NCBI GenBank assembly: GCA_040380385.1
Contig: JBEIJG010000001.1
Coordinates: forward strand, 1 to 41,471
Direction of reading: 5' to 3'
DNA: 41,471 nucleotides
From: Phycisphaeraceae bacterium
GTDB taxonomy: Bacteria; Planctomycetota; Phycisphaerae; Phycisphaerales; SM1A02
Part shown: positions 16,804 to 25,423 of the stretch, in pieces
Layout of the letters: every line of letters begins with the position of its first letter
How positions within the stretch are numbered: the first letter of the stretch is position 1
Program-made: the position numbers and the translations under genes
The notes under the pieces: model-generated
Databases searched by the model: none
Told to the model about the DNA's origin: nothing
What the model saw: only the letters and a program-made list of their open reading frames with translations

Positions 16804-16875
16804 AGATCTATCGGCATTGTGCACATCCTGTCGGACCTTCGCTCCGCGCGTACGTCCGCGCGACACTCCTGAGTT

Positions 16876-18114
16876 ATGCCATTCCGTGCCGGTGCCATCT
16901 CGTATCGACGTTTCGCCATCACCGGCGACGCGCCGAATCTCCTCGACTCGAAGTTCTACGACGCCCTTCGCGAGAACGCGCTTGGCGAACTCGAGCCGAT
17001 CAAGCCTGGTGAGACACACGTCGGTTGGACTGCGGGCCGTCACCTCTTCGATCGATCGTTTGATTACGAGCGCGTCGGCTTTGGCAGCGGTGCACTGCTC
17101 GGTTACCGCGTGGACTCCGTGCGCATTCCGCCCGAGATCAAAAAGGCGTACATCGCAATGGCGGAAGACACGCGTTTGCAGCCGTCGAAGGATGGTGGCG
17201 GCGCGTACCTCCCGCGCAGCGCGAAGAAAGAAGCGCGCGATGATGCGATGCGTCGTATCGAGGAGGAGATCACCGAAGGTCGCTATCGGCGCCCGAAGCA
17301 CACGCCCATCTATTGGGATTTCTCGAAGTCGACGTTGTACGCGCAAGTTTCGGCGGATACCGAAGTCCAAGCACTTCGTCGACTCTTCGTCGACACCTTT
17401 GAACATACGGTCGCACCACGCACGGCCGGAACGATCGCGCTCGACATCCTCGCGGCGAAGGGACGCTCGGCGGATTACGACGACTTGCGCGCGGAGCCGC
17501 TCTCGAGCGCGCCGCCTGAAATCGAACTCGCGCGCGAAGATGGTTCGCGCGCATCGGCCGATCGCCCAGAGTTTCCTTGGACCGCGAACGAACCGCAGGA
17601 TTTTCTCGGCAATCTCTTCCTCTTCTGGCTGTGGTGGCAATGTGATGTGCACGAAGGGCTCGTCACCACGGCGGATGGCGACATTGCGATCGTGATCGAT
17701 AAGGCGCTTGATCTTGAGTGTGCGTGGGGCCTCTCCGGTCGCACGAGTCTGCGTGGCGACGCGCCCACGCGGCGCGCCGAGACTGCGCGCGCGGTGCAAC
17801 TTGGAAAGTGGCCGCGCAAAATCGGGCTCACTCTCTCGAGTTTCGGCCGCGTGTGGGAGTGTTCGCTCCAAGGCGATCGTTTCGAAGTCTCGGGCTTGAA
17901 ACTGCCGAAACCTGAGGACAAACCGCAGTCACTGCGCGCCGCGATCGAAGAGCGACTCGATAGCTTCGCAACATTCGACGCAGCGCTGATGTCGCTCTAT
18001 CGCGCCTTCATCGAAGAACGTACCTCGCGTTCGTGGCCAACGCGTCGTGCGGAAATGCGCGCGTGGATCAGCGAACTCGGCGCGACGCGCAAGCAGATCG
18101 CGGTTGGTGTGTGA
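16876..18114 (+). CDS. RdgC-like recombination-associated protein (tentative family call)
   Basis: The N-terminus MPFRAGAISYRRFAITGD and the central DFLGNLFLFWLWWQ resemble RdgC-family proteins as I recall them. At 412 aa it is longer than E. coli RdgC. The ORF itself is well supported by its ATG, its length and its codon bias. Confidence 0.5.
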   Translation: MPFRAGAISYRRFAITGDAPNLLDSKFYDALRENALGELEPIKPGETHVGWTAGRHLFDRSFDYERVGFGSGALLGYRVDSVRIPPEIKKAYIAMAEDTRLQPSKDGGGAYLPRSAKKEARDDAMRRIEEEITEGRYRRPKHTPIYWDFSKSTLYAQVSADTEVQALRRLFVDTFEHTVAPRTAGTIALDILAAKGRSADYDDLRAEPLSSAPPEIELAREDGSRASADRPEFPWTANEPQDFLGNLFLFWLWWQCDVHEGLVTTADGDIAIVIDKALDLECAWGLSGRTSLRGDAPTRRAETARAVQLGKWPRKIGLTLSSFGRVWECSLQGDRFEVSGLKLPKPEDKPQSLRAAIEERLDSFATFDAALMSLYRAFIEERTSRSWPTRRAEMRAWISELGATRKQIAVGV

Positions 18115-18165
18115 TCGGCGGGTGCTGCGCTCTGAAGCGACGTTGTGAGCCTCGCGCAGCGCGGT

Positions 18166-18795
18166 TCACGCGCTCGTAGAGCCGCTGGCCGCGCGCACCG
18201 CTTCGACAAATCGCCGAATCTTCTCGTGGTCTTTCACACCGCGCGATTTCTCAACGCCGCTGGAGACGTCAACGCCCGCGGGTTTCGCAGTGTGGATCGC
18301 TCTCGCAACATTCTGCGCATCGAGTCCGCCTGCGAGAAAGCACTTCGTGCGCACATCGCTTGAAAGTTCGCCGAACGCTGCGTGATCAAAGGAGACGCCG
18401 CTTCCCGCGACGGGCCCGTCGACGACAAGTCGCGTCGCGCGGCCACTCGCGAGCCACTCGTGCGTTGCGGCAGGGGAGAAGTGCAGACCCTTCCAGCATT
18501 CCCACGCGCGATACGGCGCGAGGGAATCAGGCGTTTCATCGCCGTGAAACTGCAGAATCGGAAAGGCTTCGAGCGCGGCGGCCGTCTCAACATCAACGGG
18601 GAGTCGGATCACCGCAACGGGCATCGCGCCGAGATCCGCAATTTCAAGCGCGAGCGCGCGAGCTTCGGCCGGCGTAACGCATCGCGGGCTCGAAGGAACA
18701 AGCACGACGCCGACAAACTGCGCGCCTGCGTCGACGCAGACATCCACCGTCGCGAAATCGCGTACACCGCAGATCTTGACGAGCGTGCGACTCAC
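18166..18795 (-). CDS. trpF: Phosphoribosylanthranilate isomerase
   Basis: LVKICGVRDFATVDVCVDAGAQFVGVVLVPSSPRCV ... CFLAGGLDAQNVARAI ... AGVDVSSGVE. The GTG start at 18795 overlaps the TGA of the upstream rhomboid gene (GTGA). Confidence 0.85.
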   Translation of the reverse strand: MSRTLVKICGVRDFATVDVCVDAGAQFVGVVLVPSSPRCVTPAEARALALEIADLGAMPVAVIRLPVDVETAAALEAFPILQFHGDETPDSLAPYRAWECWKGLHFSPAATHEWLASGRATRLVVDGPVAGSGVSFDHAAFGELSSDVRTKCFLAGGLDAQNVARAIHTAKPAGVDVSSGVEKSRGVKDHEKIRRFVEAVRAASGSTSA

Positions 18796-20045
18796 GCAGC
18801 GCCTCCTCTTGCGCCACCCGTTGCGCCACCCGTTGCGCCACCGGACGTACCACCTCTGGCGCAATCGGCACGCAGCGATGCCGCGATGGCCGCGCGATCG
18901 TTGTCGAGCGGACGCCCTTCGAGGCCTTCAAGCGTCTTCGCCGCAGCCTTCGCGTCGCCCAATCGGCGCAACTCGATCGTCGCGAGCATCAGGCGCGCAT
19001 CGTCGACCATCGGGTGTGTGCGGAATCGCTCGAGAAACAGGCGATATCCCTGCGCGGCCAACGCGTGCTGCCCACTGCGCGCGAGTTCATTCGAAACATC
19101 GAGTTGAATCTCGGAAGGCAGCGTCGCAGTTGGAAGTTCTTTCAACAGTTTCACGTAGAGCTGTGCCGCGAGCGTGTAGTCACGCTCACGATGCGCCGCC
19201 GCAATCGTTCGGCGAAGGACGAGTTGTGCCTCGGTCTCCTTGGAATCTGCACCGGAGCGCACGCGGCCTGCAATGACGCCGGACGTTCCTGCGAGCCCTG
19301 CCGATTCCATCGCCAAGCGCATCTCGCGCCGACGTCGCCATTGCTTCAGCAGGAAGAGCGCGTCGGCATCATCGCGCGCAAGGAGTCCGGAGGCGAGAAG
19401 CGCGAGCCCGATCAAGAATCCGAAGACGATGCCGCCGAGGTGGGCGAGCGTCGCGATGCCGGAATTCGCCGCGCCCGACCAATCGACGATCGTGCGCACG
19501 ACATCCAGTGCAACGGCAAACGCCATCATCCACTGGATCGACACTTGGGCTGGCAGAAACTGCGGGATGGCGATTCCGCGCACGTTGGCGCGGGGATAGA
19601 GCGCAAAGGCCGCACCGAGCAGCGCACTCGTCGCACCGCTCGCGCCGATCGCGGGGGCGAACCCCTGCGCAGGGTCGAGCCAATGACCGATCCACGCTTG
19701 GGCGATGCCTGCAGCAGCGCCGCCCGCGAGGTAGATCGCGAGAAATCCAAAGCGACCGAGTCGGCTTTCAAGGACGACGCCGAACGCCGCAAGGAAAAAC
19801 ATGTTCGAGAGCAGGTGGAACCATCCACCGTGCAAGAACTGGTAGGTGATGGGCTGCCACCACTCGAAGTACTTGTACGAGATGGCATACCGACTGAGGA
19901 TCTGGATTCGATCGGCAACCTCGGCGGGAGAGCTCGGACGGCTGTCCGTGAGCAGAAAGCAAAGCACGGTCGCCACGACGAGAAGCGGGACGAACAGGGG
20001 GCGATGTCCGCCGTCGCGATCGGTACCCGTCGGGATCAGAAACAT
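18792..20045 (-). CDS. Rhomboid-family intramembrane serine protease with C-terminal TPR-like domain
   Basis: The rhomboid motifs are YQFLHGGWFHLLSNMFFL, the catalytic GxSG in IGASGATSALLG, and ATLAHLGGIVFG. A helical-repeat C-terminal half follows. The tail GGTSGGATGGATGGARGGAA is encoded by 12-bp repeats. Confidence 0.8.
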   Translation of the reverse strand: MFLIPTGTDRDGGHRPLFVPLLVVATVLCFLLTDSRPSSPAEVADRIQILSRYAISYKYFEWWQPITYQFLHGGWFHLLSNMFFLAAFGVVLESRLGRFGFLAIYLAGGAAAGIAQAWIGHWLDPAQGFAPAIGASGATSALLGAAFALYPRANVRGIAIPQFLPAQVSIQWMMAFAVALDVVRTIVDWSGAANSGIATLAHLGGIVFGFLIGLALLASGLLARDDADALFLLKQWRRRREMRLAMESAGLAGTSGVIAGRVRSGADSKETEAQLVLRRTIAAAHRERDYTLAAQLYVKLLKELPTATLPSEIQLDVSNELARSGQHALAAQGYRLFLERFRTHPMVDDARLMLATIELRRLGDAKAAAKTLEGLEGRPLDNDRAAIAASLRADCARGGTSGGATGGATGGARGGAA

Positions 20046-20326
20046 GGGGCGGGATGATACGGGCCGATCCCCCGGGTTTGACCGCCTCGCGGCCTAGGAG
20101 GGCGCCGAGAACCGTTGGAATTCCGCGAAGGCGGATGGCGGCGCATTCCCCTCGACACGTCGATTCGCTAGCATCGACATTCTTCGCAACCGACGGGCTG
20201 TTCAGCGCGAAGGGCGGGCGCGTCGTGCCCGCTTCAATGGCATGCTCGAGTTTCGGACAGCATCAACGCCTCGCTGCCCGCTGGGCGGACCGTGGCTGAC
20301 GAACACAGAGCCGAGAGAGATTGAAC

Positions 20327-21553
20327 ATGTCTGTCGCCCAGATCCAGCCTCAAGTCACGATGACGACCGTAAGTCCTACCACCATGTCTACGCCCGCCGC
20401 ACCTGCCGCTCCGTTCTACGACAAGGGTCTCGCCAATACCGTCGCCGCCGACACGCAGATGTCGTTCATCGATGGCGGAAAGGGCGTCCTTGAGTACGTC
20501 GGCATTGATATCGACACCCTCGCGCGCAACTCGACCTATGAGGAGACGGTGTATCTCCTTTGGAATCGCAAGCTTCCAACCACGGCCGAACTCGATTCGT
20601 TGAAGAGCGCGCTGCAGGCGGAGTACGAGATTCCAGACGCAATCTACGACATGATCAAGTCGTTCCCGAAGGACGCCGTGCCGATGCACGCCCTTCGCAC
20701 GTTGGTTTCGGCGCTCGCGCTTCATGACAAGGACGCTGAGTCGAGCGAAACCAACCCCGCGGGCATCGAGCGCGCGAAGCGCCAGTCGCTTCGACTGGTC
20801 GCAAAGACGCCGACCTTGATCGCGAATTTCGATCGTCACCGCTCGGGCAAGGCGTTCGTCCGCCCCGATAAGTCGATGGACATCGCAACCAACTTCCTCT
20901 GGATGTTGAATGGCGAGAAGCCAACCGACGCGATGGCGAAGGGCCTTGATATCTGCTTGATTCTGCACGCGGATCACGGGCTGAACGCTTCGACGTTCGC
21001 CGCGCGCGTCACGATTGCGACCCTCTCCGATATGTACAGCGCGATGACCACCGCGGTCGGCACGCTGAAGGGGCCGCTCCACGGCGGTGCGAACGAGGAA
21101 GTCATGATCATGCTCGACGAGATCGGTTCGATCGAGAAGGTCGACGACTACGTCAAGGGCAAACTCGAGCGCAAGGAGCTCATCATGGGCTTCGGTCACC
21201 GCGTCTACAAGGCGTACGACCCGCGTGCGACCTACCTCAAGACCTTCGCGAAGCAGATCGCAACCGATACCGGCAACCTGCGTCTCTTTGAAATGAGCCA
21301 ACGGATCGAAGGCATCGTGCTCGCGGCGAAGGCCGACAAGGGCATCTTCCCGAATGTCGACTTCTACTCAGCTACGACGTACCACTGCCTCGGCATCAAG
21401 ACCGATCTCTTCACCTGCATGTTCGCGTTGAGCCGCATGTCGGGTTGGTGTGGTCACTGCATCGAGCAGTTGATGGACAACCGTCTCATCCGCCCGCAGG
21501 CGAAGTACAACGGGCCACACGCAGCGACCTACGCGCCGATCGCGCAGCGCTGA
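20327..21553 (+). CDS. gltA: Citrate synthase
   Basis: LILHADHGLNASTFAARV, GPLHGGANEEV and GFGHRVYKAYDPRA are catalytic His/Asp signature segments. ATG at 20327. Confidence 0.9.
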   Translation: MSVAQIQPQVTMTTVSPTTMSTPAAPAAPFYDKGLANTVAADTQMSFIDGGKGVLEYVGIDIDTLARNSTYEETVYLLWNRKLPTTAELDSLKSALQAEYEIPDAIYDMIKSFPKDAVPMHALRTLVSALALHDKDAESSETNPAGIERAKRQSLRLVAKTPTLIANFDRHRSGKAFVRPDKSMDIATNFLWMLNGEKPTDAMAKGLDICLILHADHGLNASTFAARVTIATLSDMYSAMTTAVGTLKGPLHGGANEEVMIMLDEIGSIEKVDDYVKGKLERKELIMGFGHRVYKAYDPRATYLKTFAKQIATDTGNLRLFEMSQRIEGIVLAAKADKGIFPNVDFYSATTYHCLGIKTDLFTCMFALSRMSGWCGHCIEQLMDNRLIRPQAKYNGPHAATYAPIAQR

Positions 21554-21598
21554 ACGGCGTTGACTGCGGCGGTTCAAATCAAGACAGAACACAATCAA

Positions 21599-21634
21599 GG
21601 GGCCCCGGTCTTTGCCGGGGCCTCTTGTGTTTTT
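21599..21634. terminator. Bidirectional intrinsic terminator between convergent genes
   Basis: ggggccccgg-tctttg-ccggggcctc followed by ttgtgttttt. Confidence 0.8.
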
Positions 21635-21684
21635 GGTTGCATTGCCTTCGTGACGTGTGTCGTCGCAGGGCTCGGCGACGCGCG

Positions 21685-24066
21685 TTACGGGGTCGATTTC
21701 GTCGGTTTCGGCGACTGCGGATAAAGCAGCATGCGATCGTGGCAAAGCAGCACGATGTCGTTCGCGCCGTCGCCGGTGAAATCACCGATGAGCGCCATGC
21801 TCGGCTCGAATTCACGTGGTTCACCTGCTTGGAAGAGCCGCGTTTCGAAGACCCGGAATCGGGTCATCGGAAGCAGTTTGCCACCCTCGCTGAAACTGAG
21901 GACGCCAAGCGACTGTTCGCCCGCATCGAGTGTCACCAAGTCGAGGAAGCCGTCGCCGTTGACATCGCCCGCGATGACTTCGTGATCGACTTGCTGAATG
22001 CGATCGGCGCGGAAATTCGCGACTTCTTCGAGCGCGAGTCGTCCGCCATCAAGGCGCGCGATCGCAAAGCCATCGTCGCCAACGAGTAGGACGTCTTCGG
22101 AGGTGCCGCCGCTGAAATTGCCCGCGCGCACAGGCCCGAACTTGAACCCAGTCACCGGGTGTTCATCGGATTGAGTCCACTTGCCAGCGCTGTCTTTCGC
22201 AAAGACCGCGAGCGTCGCGTTCTCGCGATCCGCCGCGACGAGTGTGTCGCCGCGCACGGTGAGTGCCACGAGTTTCGCATCGGCGCGCGAGGCATTCATC
22301 TGGGCGACAACTTGCCAACCGGGCGGATTTGCGCCGGGTGCGTAACGCAGCGCGCGGATGAAGTTCCGATCGGCCACGACGAGTTCCTTCTTGCCGTCGC
22401 CATCGACATCGAACGCGACCGAATTCCCCGCGTTGGCGGCCTGCGCGAGACCGAACTGCGCCATGTCCTTCGATTCGCGGAGTTCAAACGACGTCGTACC
22501 ATCCTTCTCAACGGCTTGCAGCATCGACATCGGCTTGTCCGCCGTGAGCAGCAAGAGATCAGTGCGGCCATCCTGATCGGCGTCGAGCGCGAGAATCGCA
22601 TCGGGGCCCTTCACGAGTGCACCGAGTTTGATGACTTCCGCGGCGGCCTGTGTGTCGCCATTGACGGGCAGGAGTTCGAGTTGGTAGTTGCGTCCATCCT
22701 TCGTGATGACCGCAGCACGCGGGCCAGACTCGAGTTGGACAAGCGAGAGCACCGCGGGCGTAACGCCGGGCGACAAGGGGAGTGCGGTTGGAAATGAGAG
22801 CGCGCCGTTCGTCCAGGCGCTCTTGCCAACAACGCCTTCTTTCTCCGAGAGAACGAACACTTCGTCGCCGGGCTTGCCATCGACGTTCCCTGCAGCGACG
22901 GCGTCGATTTCCGCGAAGCTCGGCTGCGAAACGCCAGGTTGCAGGCCGCGGCCTTTCTGCTGTCGGTAGACGGTCACAGCGCTTGCGGCAGGATCGCTCG
23001 AGATGACATCCGCGAGGCCGTCGCCATCGACATCGCCGACGGCGTACGAGCGCTTCTTGCCGCCCGCCGCGGAGAAAACCTCAAGTGAAGCATCACGCGC
23101 GCCGGAAGCGTCTTCCACGAGTTCTTCGACGACGAGCCGCTTCGACTGCCGCTCAATGCGCGCAAGCAGATCTTTCTTCGTGCCGGGAAGTCGAAGGGCA
23201 CTCACTTCGCGGAGCGGCGGCATCTCGAAACGGCGCTGCGAGCCGAGGCGTTTGGTTGCCTTGTTGTCGGCGCTCGCATCCGAACTTGCATCGGCGCTCG
23301 CGAGCCAAAGTCGAACGGGTGCCGCGTTGTCGGGCGTCACGCCGACAAGGTCGTTGTAGGTGTCGCCGTCGAAATCGCCAACAACGAGTGCGACCAGTGG
23401 GTCGCCGGAACCGAGTTCGACGGGGTCGCCGAGTTTCGAACCATCGAGCGTCCATACGACGGGTTGACCCGACACGATCGCGGCCAGATCAGGGCGCGCG
23501 TCACCGATGAGATCGGCGATGACAAAGCCGTCGCGACTTTGCGTGAGGCCCTTCAGTGGAATGCGGCGTTCCACCTCGAAAACGCCGGGTTTCGCTTGGC
23601 GCAGGAAGACGACGGTGCCGGGTTGGCCTGCGTAGACGATGTCGAGAAGACCGTCGCCGTCGAAGTCGAATGGTGCGATCGCAGTGACTTGGTGCGACAC
23701 CGGAATCTCGACGCGGCGGAAGCGCCAGTGCGGCGGGACCTCGTTCACAGAGGTTGCCGCGTCGATGGGGTCGTCGGGCGTGGCGCCGGGCTTCTGGATG
23801 TGGAGTTCGATGCGGCTCTTGAAGTTGTTCGCCGCGGCGAGATCGGCGCGGCCGTCGCCATCGAAGTCACCGGAGGCGATCGGGCCAGCCTTGGGATCGA
23901 TCTTGACCACTTCAAGTCCGTCGAAGCCGAAGTGGCCCGCGTCGTCCACGTCCTGTATGGCATGCGCATGTGCGGCGACGCTCAGTGCGGCCGTCGCGAC
24001 CAGTCGAGCGAGCGTGAAGGGAGAGATCGACAGGGCGCGAGGCGCGGTAGGGCAAAGTTGCGGCAT
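21685..24066 (-). CDS. Secreted FG-GAP/VCBS-repeat (integrin-alpha-like beta-propeller) protein
   Basis: The internal ATG at 24066 gives the signal peptide MPQLCPTAPRALSISPFTLARLVATAALSVAAHAHA. At least 8 Ca-binding-type repeats are present, including GDFDGDGRADL, FDFDGDGLLDI, GDFDGDTYNDL, GDVDGDGLADV, DADQDGRTDL, FDVDGDGKKEL, GDVNGDGFLDL and GDFTGDGANDI. Confidence 0.8.
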   Translation of the reverse strand: MPQLCPTAPRALSISPFTLARLVATAALSVAAHAHAIQDVDDAGHFGFDGLEVVKIDPKAGPIASGDFDGDGRADLAAANNFKSRIELHIQKPGATPDDPIDAATSVNEVPPHWRFRRVEIPVSHQVTAIAPFDFDGDGLLDIVYAGQPGTVVFLRQAKPGVFEVERRIPLKGLTQSRDGFVIADLIGDARPDLAAIVSGQPVVWTLDGSKLGDPVELGSGDPLVALVVGDFDGDTYNDLVGVTPDNAAPVRLWLASADASSDASADNKATKRLGSQRRFEMPPLREVSALRLPGTKKDLLARIERQSKRLVVEELVEDASGARDASLEVFSAAGGKKRSYAVGDVDGDGLADVISSDPAASAVTVYRQQKGRGLQPGVSQPSFAEIDAVAAGNVDGKPGDEVFVLSEKEGVVGKSAWTNGALSFPTALPLSPGVTPAVLSLVQLESGPRAAVITKDGRNYQLELLPVNGDTQAAAEVIKLGALVKGPDAILALDADQDGRTDLLLLTADKPMSMLQAVEKDGTTSFELRESKDMAQFGLAQAANAGNSVAFDVDGDGKKELVVADRNFIRALRYAPGANPPGWQVVAQMNASRADAKLVALTVRGDTLVAADRENATLAVFAKDSAGKWTQSDEHPVTGFKFGPVRAGNFSGGTSEDVLLVGDDGFAIARLDGGRLALEEVANFRADRIQQVDHEVIAGDVNGDGFLDLVTLDAGEQSLGVLSFSEGGKLLPMTRFRVFETRLFQAGEPREFEPSMALIGDFTGDGANDIVLLCHDRMLLYPQSPKPTKSTP

Positions 24067-24137
24067 GGTGTTGCAGCGGGGAAGGCGGATCGTGAGCGAG
24101 ACTTGAACGGTGACTGAGAGAGATGATCGCGAGGTTG

Positions 24138-24197
24138 TCGTGACTTCGTCGTGTTTTTTTCGTGACTTCGTCGGGGGGCTTTCTCGTGACTTCGTCG
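24138..24197. promoter_or_regulatory. Three perfect 14-bp direct repeats in a divergent promoter region
   Basis: tcgtgacttcgtcg occurs at 24138-24151, 24160-24173 and 24184-24197, with spacings of 22 and 24 bp. The repeats lie between divergent starts at 24066 (-) and 24284 (+). Confidence 0.6.
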
Positions 24198-24283
24198 GGT
24201 TCGCGTCGTCATCCGATTCGGTGCGCGGTCCGGGGAGGAACGACGGTTGCCCCGCGTTGGGTGGGTATAGTACGAACCCTGCC

Positions 24284-25321
24284 ATGAATCTGAAGTGTTC
24301 ACCGCTCAACCTCTCGTCAATCGCCTCAATCGCCTCGATCGCGATGCTTCCCGCGCTGCTCATCGCATTGCCAACCGTCGCGCGCGCGGCGAACGACGAG
24401 GAGACGCCTTCGACCACCGTCAAGTTGAAGTCGGGTGCGTCGGTCGAAGGCAAACTCCTCAAGCAAACCGACCGACGCGTGTGGATTGATGTCGGCGCGG
24501 ACGTCTTGAGCTTCGCGATGGATGACGTGTCGAGCGTGACCTCCGCGGGTGGCGCATCGAACGTTGCGCTCAAGCAAGATTCACTCTTCTCAACCGCGGT
24601 TGGTCTTGCCGAGTTGCCGCCGCGTGAACAGGCGAAGGTCATCGGTCCGGCCGTGATCAAGGTTTCGACTCCCGGCGGCCTTGGCTCCGGAGTCATCCTT
24701 TCGCGCGACGGTTATGCCATCACCAACGCGCACGTGGTACAGGGCGAAACGAATCTGCGCGCGACGGTCTGGTTCGCACAACCCGACGGCACGCTCAAGC
24801 GCACCGATATCGACAACGTCGAACTGGTCGCGATCAACAACCAAGTCGATCTCGCGCTTGTCAAGTTAAAGCATCCGGAAGGAAAGGACTTCCTGTACGC
24901 GCCCGTGCAAGACGCGGAGAAACTCGAGATCGGCCAAAACGTTTTCGCGATCGGTAATCCGCTCGGGCTTGAGCGCACGCTGACGCAAGGCGTGGTCTCG
25001 ACGACGCAACGAAACTTCGACGGCCTGACCTACATCCAGACCGATACGCCGATCAATCCCGGCAATTCCGGTGGACCGCTCTTCAATACGAAGGGCGAGG
25101 TCATCGGCATTACCAACATGGGGATTCTCGGCGGCGAAGCGCTTGGTTTTGCGATTCCAGCGCGCTACGTGAAGGACTTCATCCGCAATCGTGAAGCGTT
25201 CGCGTACGACCGCAACAACCCAAACTCGGGCCACAACTACCAGAAGCCTCCTGCGCGAACGAAGGAAGGCGCACCGCCGAGTCTGCAAGATGGCTCGTCG
25301 GGCGGCGAGCGCAAGTCGTAA
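24284..25321 (+). CDS. Secreted trypsin-like (S1C/HtrA-type) serine protease without PDZ domain
   Basis: Signal peptide MNLKCSPLNLSSIASIASIAMLPALLIALPTVARA. The catalytic triad contexts are TNAHVV, DLALVKL and GNSGGPLF. No PDZ-like region follows the protease domain. Confidence 0.8.
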   Translation: MNLKCSPLNLSSIASIASIAMLPALLIALPTVARAANDEETPSTTVKLKSGASVEGKLLKQTDRRVWIDVGADVLSFAMDDVSSVTSAGGASNVALKQDSLFSTAVGLAELPPREQAKVIGPAVIKVSTPGGLGSGVILSRDGYAITNAHVVQGETNLRATVWFAQPDGTLKRTDIDNVELVAINNQVDLALVKLKHPEGKDFLYAPVQDAEKLEIGQNVFAIGNPLGLERTLTQGVVSTTQRNFDGLTYIQTDTPINPGNSGGPLFNTKGEVIGITNMGILGGEALGFAIPARYVKDFIRNREAFAYDRNNPNSGHNYQKPPARTKEGAPPSLQDGSSGGERKS

Positions 25322-25423
25322 CGGATGGTTGGAATGGTGTCGGTGTTGCGCGCGTCTTCGCGGCAACAAGCGCGTAAAAACTTTCGAACTCAACACCTCT
25401 CGCAGGCTTTAGGGAACTCCATT

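Noticed and set aside
16681-17871. 396-aa minus-strand ORF and 316-aa + strand ORF (16745..17695) overlapping the RdgC-like gene
   Set aside because: The translations are Arg-rich and low-complexity. They begin inside the 11-bp repeat array and overlap a longer ORF with better composition.
20234-21301. 355-aa minus-strand ORF
   Set aside because: It is antisense to citrate synthase, which has the diagnostic catalytic segments.
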